A stretch of 24,154 bases of DNA, from IMG/VR virus record IMGVR_UViG_2684622510_000004; one strand, written 5' to 3'. Origin of the DNA: a virus (Duplodnaviria > Heunggongvirae > Uroviricota > Caudoviricetes). Positions 1 through 9,870 of the stretch are shown here, piece by piece; within the stretch, counting starts at the first letter, position 1, and each line of letters starts with the position of its first letter. The notes below the pieces were generated by a model that saw nothing but the letters and a program-made list of their open reading frames with translations, searched no databases and was not told where the DNA came from. Position numbers and translations under genes: made by a program.

Positions 1-1203
1 ATGTCTCTTCGTTTCAGACAAACCTTTACTCTATTTCCTGGCGTTCGACTCAACATTGGCAAGCGTGGAATAAGTGCAAGCATTGGCGTGCCTGGCGCAA
101 CTGTCAATGTTGGTAAAAAAGGGGTTAGAGCAACTGTCGGATTACCGGGCACAGGCTTATCTTATACTACACCTACCTTGCCCTATGATGATGGATACTC
201 AGTTACCAATCCATTAAATCCAGCCCCTACAGAACCTCATTTGGGGTCTGGGTCATCTCCAGAAAATACACCATCGAACGCTAAAATATATATGCCTGTA
301 GCTGGCATGAATGAAATATCCAGCGCTTCGGTAGAAGTCCTTACAAGTACCTCCCTTTTACCTTTACGAGATTTGATTGCTAAAGCACGAGAACAAAGAG
401 CAGAAATAAAAGCAGATCTTCAAGAGGCTCTTGCCGAAGAATCAAAACAAAAAAGCGAGCTAGCTCGACGCAAATCAAGTCTATTCCGTTGGTTTTACAA
501 ACGACGCATCGCAGAACTTGAGACACTACTCCCCCTAACCCAAGCTGAGATATCTCGCCTAGTTTCATGGGAAGACAGCACAAAAATAGCCATAACATTC
601 GAGAGCAGTGATGCTTCACAGCGCGCATATGCAGCGATGGTCCATGCATTTGATATGTTAAAATCGAGTGTCAAAAAATGGGATATTACTGCAGATAAAG
701 CTACAGACCAGTTTGCTGAAAGAACATTAGCAACCCGGTCTGTTAATCGTCACCCAGTTACCTTTGATTTTAGTTCAACGGATCTCATTCAATTTACAGG
801 GCGTGCGATGAGGTTTGAAAATGTGAATGGAGACGATATTTTGCTTTATCCTGGAGTTGCAGTCATACCACGAGCTGATGGAGCATTCGCTCTGATTGAT
901 TTACGCGAATTACAAATTAGTTCAGAATATCTAAGATTCCATGAGGAAGAAGGTGTTCCCAGTGACTCACGCATAGATGGTTATACATGGGCGAAAACGA
1001 ATAAGAATGGCTCACCAGACCGTCGTTTTAAAGATAACTACCAAATCCCTATTTGCATTTATGGAAATATTACTTTCCATTCTCAAACAGGGGTAACTGA
1101 AGAATATATGGTATCAAATGCAGATGCCGCGCACGCCTTTGCTGAGGCAGTAAAACGCTATCAGATTTCACTCACAGAAACAGAAGCGTTGGTACAGGCC
1201 TGA
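1..1203 (+). CDS. DUF4236-domain protein, function unknown
   Basis: 400-aa ORF beginning with ATG at window nt 1. N-terminal ~55 aa (MSLRFRQTFTLFPGVRLNIGKRGISASIGVPGATVNVGKKG...GLPGTGLSYT) matches the glycine-rich DUF4236 signature as I recall it; the rest is unrecognised. Confidence 0.6.
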   Translation: MSLRFRQTFTLFPGVRLNIGKRGISASIGVPGATVNVGKKGVRATVGLPGTGLSYTTPTLPYDDGYSVTNPLNPAPTEPHLGSGSSPENTPSNAKIYMPVAGMNEISSASVEVLTSTSLLPLRDLIAKAREQRAEIKADLQEALAEESKQKSELARRKSSLFRWFYKRRIAELETLLPLTQAEISRLVSWEDSTKIAITFESSDASQRAYAAMVHAFDMLKSSVKKWDITADKATDQFAERTLATRSVNRHPVTFDFSSTDLIQFTGRAMRFENVNGDDILLYPGVAVIPRADGAFALIDLRELQISSEYLRFHEEEGVPSDSRIDGYTWAKTNKNGSPDRRFKDNYQIPICIYGNITFHSQTGVTEEYMVSNADAAHAFAEAVKRYQISLTETEALVQA

Positions 1204-1466
1204 TTTATCGCCGATATGGGGACGAATCGTAGGTAACCCGTTACTTTATTCGTACCCCTTATAATGGGGTGTTAGCCAGCCAGACCCGGCATGATTACTG
1301 CCCCCAGTCGTCCATGATCCGGGGGGTGATGTCACCGGGTCTGGTGGGGCGCTGGTAACCGCTAATAGGGGTCAGGTCAGGCACTTTTGCCGGGACCGTC
1401 TGTAACGTGGATGCCGGTACCTGCTCCCCGTGGTTATCTGGTTAACCCATATACAAGGGAGACAGA
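1204..1466 (+). ncRNA. candidate IS110-family bridge (guide) RNA in the 5' noncoding end of the IS
   Basis: 263-nt GC-rich noncoding stretch upstream of the recombinase with short hairpins (e.g. ccccttataatgggg). In the IS110 subgroup the bridge RNA is encoded at this position (established knowledge, not demonstrated here). Confidence 0.3.
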
Positions 1467-2680
1467 ATGACCGAATCCAGCGATTACGAATCCGTCCAGG
1501 TCTTTATCGGCGTTGATGTCGGTAAAGATACGCATCACGCTGTAGCCATTAATCGTTCAGGTAAACGCCTGTTCGATAAAGCATTACCCAACGACGAAAA
1601 CAAACTCAGGTCGCTAATATCTGACCTGAAACAACATGGTCAGATACTGCTGGTTGTTGATCAGCCAGCTACCATCGGTGCGTTACCTGTCGCCGTTGCC
1701 CGCTCAGAAGGAGTCCTTGTCGGATACCTCCCTGGACTGGCCATGCGCCGCATAGCCGACTTACACGCCGGTGAAGCTAAAACTGATGCTCGTGACGCTG
1801 CCATCATTGCCGAAGCTGCCCGTACCCTGCCTCACGCGCTACGCACGCTGAAACTGGCTGACGAGCAAATCGCCGAACTCTCCATGCTCTGCGGCTTCGA
1901 TGATGATCTTGCCGCACAGACAACGCAGGCCAGCAACCGTATCCGCGGCCTTCTGACCCAGATACATCCGGCACTGGAGCGCGTTCTCGGTCCGAGACTT
2001 GATCACCCGGCGGTACTCGATCTTCTCCAGCGATATCCCTCACCAGAAAAACTCGCTTCGCTGGGTGAGAAGAAGCTGGCAGCCCAGCTCTGCAAACTTG
2101 CGCCTCGTCTGGGTAAACGCCTTGCAGCAGACATAGCTCAGGCACTGGCCGAACAAACCGTCGTCGTTCCCGGCACGAATGCCGCTGCCGTAGTACTGCC
2201 ACGTCTGGCACTCCAGCTCATCACGCTGCGTAAGCAAAGAGACGAGGTGGCGCTTGCGGTAGAACAGCGAGTTCTTGCTCACCCTCTTTACCCGGTCCTG
2301 ACCAGTATGCCCGGAGTCGGTGTCAGGACCGCAGCCAGACTCCTCACCGAGGTCGCCTGCCGCGCCTTCGCCTCTGCCGCGCCTTCGCCTCTGCCGCACA
2401 TCTCGCTGCTTATGCTGGCCTTGCGCCGGTAACTCGGCGATCCGGCTCGTCAATACGCGGTGAGCATCCCTCGCGACGGGGTAATAAAGCTCTCAAACGG
2501 GCGTTGTTCCTGTCGGCCTTCGCCGCGCTCAGGGATCCGCTCTCCAGGGCTTACTACACCCGCAAAATGAGTCAGGGAAAACGACACAATCAGGCGCTTA
2601 TCGCCCTGGCGAGACGACGCTGCGACGTTCTGTTCGCCATGATGCGCGACGGGACTTTTTATACCCCGCAGGCGTCATAA
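1467..2680 (+). pseudogene. IS110-family DEDD transposase/recombinase, frameshifted
   Basis: N-terminal MTESSDYESVQVFIGVDVGKDTHHAVAI... is a typical IS110 DEDD start. The ORF terminates prematurely at 2432. Removing one copy of the 17-bp duplication at 2361-2394 restores the conserved C-terminus ...AFASAAHLAAYAGLAPVTRRSGSS... running to the stop at 2678-2680. Confidence 0.7.
2361..2394. repeat. perfect 17-bp tandem duplication (cgcgccttcgcctctgc x2) inside the transposase gene
   Basis: Read directly: 2361-2377 is identical to 2378-2394. Length is not a multiple of 3, so it frameshifts the gene. Confidence 0.9.
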
Positions 2681-2717
2681 CATGCTTGACAACTTAATAG
2701 GGGCACCCCCCTAGAAC

Positions 2718-2757
2718 AAAAAAAACCTTAAGAACCAGACTATTATGGCTGGTTCTT
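2718..2757 (-). terminator. terminator-like hairpin (stem aagaaccag/ctggttctt) followed by a T8 run on the minus strand
   Basis: Stem 2730-2738 pairs with 2749-2757; A8 run at 2718-2725 on the plus strand gives a U-run after the hairpin on the minus strand. Could be the IS right end or a relic terminator. Confidence 0.35.
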
Positions 2758-2883
2758 GTACGGAGGATTTGTTATTGTACAACTCTTCTATCTGGTATAT
2801 TTACGGATAGAACTGTTCAGGCTACTCAATCCTTTTTAAGTACAAATGAACAGATAGAAATAGTTATATTGCAAGGAGCTATC

Positions 2884-3672
2884 ATGCACACTGAGTATAT
2901 ATGGCGATACCTTGACATAGAGAAATTCTCTATGTTACTCGAACAAAATGCTTTATTTTTTTGCTCAGCAAAAAATTTTGAAGATCCGTTCGAAGGTGAA
3001 TTTGCTTGGGGACATACTGGCTATAAAAAATTCATTGAGACACAGGAAAAACTATGCGCTACTTATGGTGCCGGCATGGACTTAGATCCTTTCATTGCAT
3101 TCAATTTAAAGACACTTAAGGAAATAAGCGAGAGGACATATATAAGTTGCTGGCATTGTAACGAACATGAATCTGAAGCTATGTGGAAGCTGTATTGTAA
3201 AAACCCCGCTAAAGGCGTTGTCATAAAATCAAAGAAAAAAAACCTCCAAAGCCAACTTGAAAATAATAATCTAAACAAACTACAATTAAAACACGTAAAA
3301 TACGTCAAAAATTTCTGGATAAAACAATACAATCCAGAATCAGATGTATTCTTTAACAAGAGACCATCTTTCGAATACGAAAAAGAGTTTAGAGCTATTT
3401 TTCAAGAGAATACCTTTAACACTCCACCTGTAAAGGGAAAACTAGTCCCTGTATCTCTTAATAATCTGTTGGAAGAAATAAGGATTTCACCTTTCGCAGA
3501 TAAGGATTTCAAAAATGAAGTTTTACAAATTTCAAAAAAACATGGACTAGATCTGAAAGTCAAAAACTCTGAAATTGAAATGCATCCCATCATGCATGTT
3601 GAGGAAGAAATAATTGCAGAAGGCCCCAATTGGTATCAGTCAAAAATCAGATTGGCAATACGTGATGCTTAA
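2884..3672 (+). CDS. DUF2971-like hypothetical protein (AT-rich accessory gene)
   Basis: AAGGAG at 2873-2878 with a 5-nt spacer to ATG 2884. N-terminal motif ...LFFCSAKNFEDPFEGEF resembles the DUF2971 'FxDPFE' signature. Visibly AT-rich compared with flanking genes, convergent with tfa. Confidence 0.55.
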   Translation: MHTEYIWRYLDIEKFSMLLEQNALFFCSAKNFEDPFEGEFAWGHTGYKKFIETQEKLCATYGAGMDLDPFIAFNLKTLKEISERTYISCWHCNEHESEAMWKLYCKNPAKGVVIKSKKKNLQSQLENNNLNKLQLKHVKYVKNFWIKQYNPESDVFFNKRPSFEYEKEFRAIFQENTFNTPPVKGKLVPVSLNNLLEEIRISPFADKDFKNEVLQISKKHGLDLKVKNSEIEMHPIMHVEEEIIAEGPNWYQSKIRLAIRDA

Positions 3673-3775
3673 TCTTATATTGAAGTTTTTTATGTCTCCT
3701 GCTGAAACTAGCTAAAATTTACCAAGCCGCAGCACGTTATTGCATACAACGTGTATGCGGCGTATCTCAAAACGA

Positions 3776-4360
3776 TTACTCCATAACAGGGACAGCAGGC
3801 CACTCAATATCAGGTGCAGTTGATGTATCAACACGGTTCAGCAACACCCGATACTTTTTCCAGGCTTCCAGCAACGAGGTTTCTCCCTCCGTTGCGATTT
3901 CCAGATCTGCAGCATCCTGAAGTGGCGCAATATGCTCACTGGCTACCTGCATCAGGCTATTTTTTGTTTCTTCCGCCTCCCGGATCCGGAACAGTTTTTC
4001 TGCTTCTGCATCTTTCACCCAGGTTGTGCCGTTCCACTTCTGAAACTCCCCTTCCGGGGATAACCAGGTGACATTTTCCGGTAATGAGCCGAGTTCAGAA
4101 ATAAATAACGCGTCGCCGGAAGCCACGTCATAGACGGTTTTACCCCGATGGTCTTCAACGAGATGCCACGATGCCTCATCACTGTTGAAAACAGCCACAA
4201 AGCCAGCCGGAATATCTGGCGGTTCAATATCGGTACTGTTTGCTGGCAGACCTGTATGAGGCGGAATATATGCGTCACCTTCACCAATAAATTCATTAGT
4301 TCCGGCCAGCAGATTATAAATTTTTATGGTCCGTGGTTGTTCACTCATTCTGAATGCCAT
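3776..4360 (-). CDS. tfa: tail fiber assembly protein (Tfa family)
   Basis: 194-aa product [34 protein letters not shown]... typical of lambdoid Tfa chaperones. ATG overlaps the stf stop (TAATG) at 4358-4362. Confidence 0.85.
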   Translation of the reverse strand: MAFRMSEQPRTIKIYNLLAGTNEFIGEGDAYIPPHTGLPANSTDIEPPDIPAGFVAVFNSDEASWHLVEDHRGKTVYDVASGDALFISELGSLPENVTWLSPEGEFQKWNGTTWVKDAEAEKLFRIREAEETKNSLMQVASEHIAPLQDAADLEIATEGETSLLEAWKKYRVLLNRVDTSTAPDIEWPAVPVME

Positions 4361-7125
4361 TATGCAAGCCTCACAATGTAGTTAAATGCGATGTTTTTGA
4401 CGGTGTTTTCCGCGTTACCAGCAGCGTTAACGGTGATGGTGTGTCCATGTGAGCCAATCGCAACAGAGTGCGTATGAGCACCAATACCGACAGTATGTGC
4501 GTGAGCACCTGCAGATGCAGCTGTGCCGCTGACACTATGAGTGTGCGCTCCTGCAGCACTTGTATTCACACTGGCCGCAGACACTACCTTATGTACTGAC
4601 CCATTTTGTGACCACTGGCTGACTGCTGATGCGCCTGTGACACTATGAGTATGGTTTCCGGCACTTGCGGCTGTACCGCTCACACTGTGCGTATGCGCCC
4701 CGGTGTTATTCGTGGATTTAGTGCCGTAATCAAACGACGATGTGGTTTTCGTCCCCAAATCCGTACTGGATGCGCTGGCGCTGTGGGTGTGCGATTTAAT
4801 GCCGTCCTGTTCCTGAGACAATACGGCCCGACCACTGGCAGGTTTGCCCTTAATCGTCCAGCCACGCATATCAGGGATCACGCCTGACGGATAAGCGGTT
4901 GCAAGTTTCGGGTAAGCAGATTTGTCAAAAGTCTGCCCCTGCATCAGGGCATAACCAGACGGAACGGTATCTGATGGCCACGGGATTGGTGCGCCAGGCG
5001 GATAAAACTGCTCTGATGGCGTATAGAGTGAATAAACTGTACCGTCCGTTAACCCTTCCGGCTTATTAGCAGAATATGCTGGTGACGTATGAATAGTCAC
5101 GCTGGCATTACTGGTATAATCCCATTGAATATTTACACCAGTCGCATAATTTCCGATTGCAACGTAAATATCGTAAGTATCACCAGATGTATTGACCCAG
5201 GCAAAATTTGTAAACCCTGTCGATGTGCGCTGCCATAAAGCACCAGTAATCCCCTTCGGATTACCATTACCTGCACGCAAAACAAGTTCAGATATACCTG
5301 CCTGTTGAGGTGACCCCACGTTAAATCCCGCGCCACCAATCAACGTAATTGAAACAACAGAACTCGCCTGTGGCATGGTTACCGTTGCTAATTTGAACCA
5401 ACCAGCACCACCGCTGAATGACATTGTTGTTGAGTTAAGCGTACCAATATCTTTCGGCGTCAGTGTTATATCCGCTGAAAGCGCCTTACCATTCACCTTA
5501 CGGGCAGAAGGTACCCGACCATTCGCATTATCATTAGCTGCTTTCACTGCTTTCGGTGTCGCGGCAAGCGTTTCAGATGCGCTGTTGGTTGCACTACTGA
5601 GCTGGACAATTCCTTTTTGTGCTGTCGTAGCGTCCTGAGCGGTATATTTCCCGTTAGCAAGGTCATAGGCTGCCTTTACCGACTTTGGCGTTGCCGCCAG
5701 CATTTCAGATGTGCTGTTGGTCGCGCTGCTGAGCTGAACTATCCCTTTCTGTGCTGTCGTTGCATCCTGTGCGGTGTATTTCCCGTTAGCCAGGTCATAC
5801 GCGGCCTTAACGGCTTTTGGCGTTGCCGCCAGTGACTCGGAAGTGCTGTTAGTCGCACTGCTGAGCTGTACTATCCCCTTTTTCGTCGTGCTCGCATCCT
5901 CAAGCGCCACGGCGGATGCAATATCCTCTGCCCGTTTTGCCGCTGTCTCAGCGCGCGTTGCTGCGGATTCTGCCGTACTTTTGCTCTGTGCTGCCGCTGC
6001 CGCACTGCCAGCAGCCTCTGTCGCCTTCGTGGATGCCGTCGTGGCGCTGCCCCTCGCTGCTGACGCCTGTCTGGTCGCCTCATCTTTTGAAGCAGACGCC
6101 GATGAGGCCGATGACGCCGCCGAACTGGCGGACGATGCGGCAGCCGTTTTTGAGGATTCTGCGCTGGTTTCCGACGCTTTCGCGTTCGTTTCGGATGTCT
6201 TCGCTGCGGAAGCTGACCTCGCTGCTGCGCTGGCCTGTTCAGTGGCTTCGCCAGCCTTCGTTGTGGCTGTTGAAGCGGATGATGCGGCGCTTTCTGCCGA
6301 TTTTCCGGCGGCGATGGCACTGGCTGAGGCCTGTCCGGCACTTGTTGACGCGGCACTGGCAGACGACGCAGCCGCTGTTTTTGAGCCTGCCGCAGCTGAG
6401 GCGCTCTGTCCCGCTGCCGTCTCAGAAGACCTGGCGTTTGTCTCAGACGTCCTTGCCGCCTTCGCGGAATTTCCTGCCGCCGTTGCCGAGGAAGCTGCAC
6501 TACTGGCGCTTGATGATGCGTTCGTTTCTGATGATTTTGCCGCCTCTTTTGAAGCCGACGCATCCCAGGCTGAGGTGGCAGCTTCTGACGCTTTCGTGGT
6601 CGCGGTGGATGCAGAAGTGGCGGCTGATTGTTCTGACGCTGCCGCATTCGTTTCTGACGTTTTCGCCGCACCGGCACTGGTAGCCGCCGCGCTTTTTGAG
6701 GACTCTGCAGCGGCAGCACTTTTTGAGGCTTCAGTGGCCTTTGTTGATGCCGTTCCTGCGCTGGAAGACGCTGACTGAGCCGACGACGCGGCCTGTCCGG
6801 CTGACGTGCTGGCTGCACGTGCTGAATCTGCAGCATCAGTCGCACGGGTTGCCGCCTCACTGGCAGATGTGCTGGCATCACTGGCTGACTTCTTTGCGGC
6901 TGCCGTGTTCTGTGCCACCACGGACGCGTTACGCGCCACCTCTTCCACCATCAGTTCAAAACGACGCAGTGCCTCCGGACGGGCATCATCCTCCGTCATG
7001 GCACCGAGAAAATCATTCAGCGTACCGGGTTGAGAATCTTCATACACGGTGATGGTCCCGGCATGTGACGGCGGGAATCCCTCCACCAACAGAATAACGC
7101 TGTACTGACCGTACTCAACGTCCAT
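4360..7125 (-). CDS. stf: side tail fiber protein (Stf-like), N-terminally truncated remnant
   Basis: 921-aa Ala/Ser-rich product with three 44-aa tail-fibre repeats ([37 protein letters not shown]) and a His-rich [10 protein letters not shown]-terminus. The first in-frame Met (MDVEYGQYS) corresponds to an internal position of full-length Stf, and an in-frame stop lies 5 codons upstream. Confidence 0.8.
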   Translation of the reverse strand: MDVEYGQYSVILLVEGFPPSHAGTITVYEDSQPGTLNDFLGAMTEDDARPEALRRFELMVEEVARNASVVAQNTAAAKKSASDASTSASEAATRATDAADSARAASTSAGQAASSAQSASSSAGTASTKATEASKSAAAAESSKSAAATSAGAAKTSETNAAASEQSAATSASTATTKASEAATSAWDASASKEAAKSSETNASSSASSAASSATAAGNSAKAARTSETNARSSETAAGQSASAAAGSKTAAASSASAASTSAGQASASAIAAGKSAESAASSASTATTKAGEATEQASAAARSASAAKTSETNAKASETSAESSKTAAASSASSAASSASSASASKDEATRQASAARGSATTASTKATEAAGSAAAAAQSKSTAESAATRAETAAKRAEDIASAVALEDASTTKKGIVQLSSATNSTSESLAATPKAVKAAYDLANGKYTAQDATTAQKGIVQLSSATNSTSEMLAATPKSVKAAYDLANGKYTAQDATTAQKGIVQLSSATNSASETLAATPKAVKAANDNANGRVPSARKVNGKALSADITLTPKDIGTLNSTTMSFSGGAGWFKLATVTMPQASSVVSITLIGGAGFNVGSPQQAGISELVLRAGNGNPKGITGALWQRTSTGFTNFAWVNTSGDTYDIYVAIGNYATGVNIQWDYTSNASVTIHTSPAYSANKPEGLTDGTVYSLYTPSEQFYPPGAPIPWPSDTVPSGYALMQGQTFDKSAYPKLATAYPSGVIPDMRGWTIKGKPASGRAVLSQEQDGIKSHTHSASASSTDLGTKTTSSFDYGTKSTNNTGAHTHSVSGTAASAGNHTHSVTGASAVSQWSQNGSVHKVVSAASVNTSAAGAHTHSVSGTAASAGAHAHTVGIGAHTHSVAIGSHGHTITVNAAGNAENTVKNIAFNYIVRLA
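5500..5895. repeat. three tandem ~132-bp repeats inside stf
   Basis: Period 132 bp read directly (e.g. gctgttgg at 5581-5588 and 5713-5720; gtgctgtt at 5711-5718 and 5843-5850). These encode the repeated 44-aa tail-fibre units. Confidence 0.75.
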
Positions 7126-7625
7126 GCTGTAACGCCCGGCTTCTCAATAGCTGCCAGCAGCGGGCTAATCCACAGAATGGCCTGACAATACGTTATTGAG
7201 CGGGTGGTAACGGCGCTATCACTGGCTGCGTCAACGTTCCTGGAATCGGTGTGCATTGCGCTGGCACGTAAACGGTTCGCGTAGTTGAGCAGCCCACCAG
7301 CGACATCAGCAGGAACAGGCATATCACAGGTTTTTTCACGACGGAGAATCTCTCGGTATTCGATAACAGTTTTCTCGGTGCCGGTATCAATCAGCGAGTT
7401 AAGACGGTTGGTGTTCTCTGCTACCAGGTTAAACCGGTTGAAGTTGAAGGCTTGGGTAGCTATGACGGTCGCCTGTAGCGCGTTGTCGCTGCGCAGTACC
7501 CGGATGTCACTTTCAGATATGGTCAGTGCTGCATTGCTGCGTGCCAGCAGAACACAGAGCACCGCGATGATAATTACGACAACCACCAGCAGAACCGCAA
7601 TAATCGCAATTTTGTTGGGTTTCAT
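7017..7625 (-). CDS. Rz-like i-spanin; 3' end reads into stf-derived sequence in another frame
   Basis: N-terminal TM anchor ([27 protein letters not shown]) followed by a coiled-coil periplasmic region. Start overlaps the endolysin stop (TGATG). After about codon 160 the ORF is translating the stf junction region. Confidence 0.5.
   Translation of the reverse strand: MKPNKIAIIAVLLVVVVIIIAVLCVLLARSNAALTISESDIRVLRSDNALQATVIATQAFNFNRFNLVAENTNRLNSLIDTGTEKTVIEYREILRREKTCDMPVPADVAGGLLNYANRLRASAMHTDSRNVDAASDSAVTTRSITYCQAILWISPLLAAIEKPGVTAWTLSTVSTALFCWWRDSRRHMPGPSPCMKILNPVR
7193..7339 (-). CDS. Rz1-like o-spanin lipoprotein embedded in the +1 frame of Rz
   Basis: GTG start gives [17 protein letters not shown] (lipobox LVGC) followed by a Pro-rich mature peptide ending ...APLPPAQ, entirely inside Rz. 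The start codon choice is my inference. Confidence 0.5.
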   Translation of the reverse strand: MKKPVICLFLLMSLVGCSTTRTVYVPAQCTPIPGTLTQPVIAPLPPAQ

Positions 7626-8191
7626 CAGAACACTCCCGGCGTTGTTGCAGGCGTTCCAGGGTTAAGTGGCCCAAATCCATCGTTGAGATTTTGCGGATTC
7701 TCACCCCACAGGCAAACTTCGCGCTCAATCTCGCGGCGGGTGATCAGTCCTTTCCACTGCTTACCGCCAGCGTATGTCCAGCGACGTAGCTGGTCACATG
7801 CGCCTTTGATATCACCCTGGTTTATTTTGCGAAGAAGCGTCGATGTTCTGAAATTGCCAGCACCCACGTTGTAAACGAACGAGTAAAGAGCGCCGCGCGT
7901 TGTTTCCGGTATATCGACTTTGATGTACGGGTTAATTTGTCTGGCGACAGTGGCAAGGTCTTTATTCAGGAGGGCTTTGCATTCTGCTTCGGTATACGTT
8001 TTACCGAGCATAATGTCTTTTCCGGTGTGCCCGTAACATACAGTCCATACGCCAACGATATCTTTATATGGTATGTAGCTGACACCTTCCAGACCATCGT
8101 CACCACTCGGACCAGTGATGAGCACAGACGCTATGGCAACAGCCCCACCACCAATAGCAGCTGCAACAGCCTTGCGTAATGATGGCGACAT
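7625..8191 (-). CDS. SAR endolysin (T4-lysozyme type, GH24; phage 21 R-like)
   Basis: N-terminal signal-anchor-release segment ([18 protein letters not shown]) and the E-x8-D-x5-T catalytic triad ([17 protein letters not shown]). Start overlaps the holin stop (TAATG). Confidence 0.85.
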   Translation of the reverse strand: MSPSLRKAVAAAIGGGAVAIASVLITGPSGDDGLEGVSYIPYKDIVGVWTVCYGHTGKDIMLGKTYTEAECKALLNKDLATVARQINPYIKVDIPETTRGALYSFVYNVGAGNFRTSTLLRKINQGDIKGACDQLRRWTYAGGKQWKGLITRREIEREVCLWGENPQNLNDGFGPLNPGTPATTPGVF

Positions 8192-8406
8192 TATTCACCT
8201 CTCGCAGCCTTACGCTTATCTTCTTTAATCTTGAAATAAAGGTTTGTCAGGTACGTCAGCAGGCCAAATACCAGACTACCCAGCACACCTATTGCCGCCC
8301 ACTGTGATGGCGTGACTTTATCGAGCAACTGTAAAAACCAGTAGCCAGCACTGCCTGCAGAGGTGCCATAGGCGACACCTGTTGTTAACTTATCCATTGA
8401 TTTCAT
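8191..8406 (-). CDS. class II pinholin (phage 21 S21-like, dual-start MKSM motif)
   Basis: 71-aa product [71 protein letters not shown] closely resembles S21 as I remember it. RBS GAGGTGG lies upstream of ATG 8406. Confidence 0.8.
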
Positions 8407-8473
8407 AACCCCACCTCGCAGATGCGGGTGCTGTGTAATGGAAATAAAAAGGCCACCTGACGTGGCCACCAGA

Positions 8474-9526
8474 TTATTTCCCCACCAGCTCGTTTATCTC
8501 TTTCACCGTCTGGTTAAACCGCTCTGACTCAAGCTCAACACCTAAGGCCCGACGCCCCAGCGCCATTGCTGCTTTTATTGTGGAACCGGATCCCATAAAA
8601 AAATCAGCAACCAGATCACCAGGTCGACTACTGGCATTGATTATTTGCCGGAGCATATTCGCAGGTTTCTCACACGGATGTTTACCCGGGTAGAACTGAA
8701 CGGGTTTATGCATCCAGACATCGGTATAAGGCACGGAGACTGATACGGAGAAATAGCGCCGGAGAGATTTAAACTCATCCAGCAATTCAGAATATTTGCG
8801 ATTCAGTGAATTATAAGATGCCACCAGTTGGTGGTGTGGTTGTTCCAGTTGTTGTTCCTGAAACTTCTCTGCCGCTATACGGGAAAACAGTGCCTGTAAC
8901 TTCCGGTAGTCAGCCTCATTCGGCAACTGCCACTGACTGGCACCAAACCAGTGGGAAACCATATTTTTCTTACCTGTGGCTTCGGCAATCTGTTTTGCCG
9001 TTATACCCAGTTCGGCACGAGCATCCCTGAAATACGATATCAGCGGTGCCATTATGTGCTGTTTGAGTTCCCTTTCTTTTGCCGCATAGCCGTCACTTTT
9101 GCCGCGATATGGCCCCTGGTAATGTTCAGCAAACAGAACGCGCTCTGTGGCAGGAAAATATGCGCGCAAACTTTCTTTATTACACCCATTCCAACGTCCG
9201 GACGGCTTCGCCCAGATGATATGGTTAAGCACATTGAAACGTTCACGCATCATGATCTCGATATCAGATGCCAGGCGATGTCCACAGAACAGGTAAAGGC
9301 TTCCGGCAGGTTTCAACACCCGCCAGAACTGGGCCAGACAGTGGTCCAGCCACTTAAGGTAATCTTCGTCCCCTTTCCACTGATTGTCCCAGCCGTTGGG
9401 CTTCACTTTGAAGTACGGTGGATCGGTAACAATCAGATCAATGGAGTCATCAGGCAGGGACTGAATAAAATGCAGGCAATCAGCGTTGATTAAATCAACA
9501 CTGTTTATTTTTACAGTATTTTTCAT
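8474..9526 (-). CDS. DNA N6-adenine methyltransferase (orphan, phage-type)
   Basis: 350 aa with a DPPY catalytic motif near the N-terminus (VTDPPYF) and an AdoMet-binding FxGxG motif near the C-terminus (DFFMGSGST). Confidence 0.85.
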
Positions 9527-9660
9527 GGATCAGTAAGCGTAACTCTGGTAGGCTCACTCTGCTTTTGCGCTAAAGCAGTGGGCCATGGTTCGCTTGTGAC
9601 CAGTAAGCATGAGCGAATGGCTGGCAAGTGCTACCAACACCCACCAGCCGCCCATTTTCA

Positions 9661-9688
9661 CAAATTAAAAGCCCTTCATTGCTGAAGG
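9661..9688 (-). terminator. rho-independent terminator-like hairpin (ccttc-agcaat-gaagg followed by GCTTTTAATTT on the minus strand)
   Basis: Read directly; the stop codon of the small ORF lies within the stem. Confidence 0.4.
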
Positions 9689-9870
9689 CGTCTGTAACAG
9701 CCGAACTGGTAATCTGCCAGCCCCGCCATAACCAGCTGGGTCAGTATTAACTGACAGCGTTCGCGTGAAAGGTATGTGTTTTGTGCAATCTCCCCGACTG
9801 TTGCCGGTTCGATGCTTAATTCATTAAAAACAACTTTCGCCGTTTCTGTCATATCTTGCTGTTTTAGCAT
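9676..9870 (-). CDS. small hypothetical protein, possible winged-helix fold
   Basis: 64-72 aa ORF (start at 9870 or 9894, weak RBS either way); product ...ATVGEIAQNTYLSRERCQLILTQLVMAGLADY. Lies between two minus-strand terminators; coding status uncertain. Confidence 0.35.
   Translation of the reverse strand: MLKQQDMTETAKVVFNELSIEPATVGEIAQNTYLSRERCQLILTQLVMAGLADYQFGCYRRLQQ

Larger units (their letters stand above)
1204..2760 (+). mobile_element. IS110-family insertion sequence (boundaries approximate; the family lacks terminal inverted repeats)
   Basis: Encodes an IS110-type transposase preceded by a ~260-nt GC-rich noncoding leader, typical of IS110/IS621-like elements. Ends cannot be fixed without alignment to an empty site. 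Confidence 0.45.

Noticed and set aside
380-2453. Antisense ORFs 380-649 (-), 1804-2211 (-) and 2040-2453 (-) within the DUF4236 and transposase genes
   Set aside because: They lie fully inside well-supported coding regions on the opposite strand, with no start signals and implausible Arg/Cys-rich products.
3726-3761. Inverted repeat gccgca...tgcggc downstream of tfa as a terminator
   Set aside because: The stem is short and there is no clear U-run on either strand, so it is not reported as a feature.
5774-6881. Long overlapping ORFs (5774-6778 +, 5871-6881 -, 5916-6683 +, plus several shorter ones between 4371 and 7052) inside the tail fiber gene
   Set aside because: They arise from the GC-rich, Ala/Ser-repetitive stf sequence being open in several frames. 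Their products are implausible (poly-Ala/Asp or Arg/Pro/Gln strings) and only the minus-strand stf frame shows recognisable tail-fibre motifs.
8806-9493. Plus-strand ORFs 8806-9030 and 8951-9493 inside the methyltransferase gene
   Set aside because: Antisense to a gene with clear catalytic motifs; no RBS; shadow ORFs.
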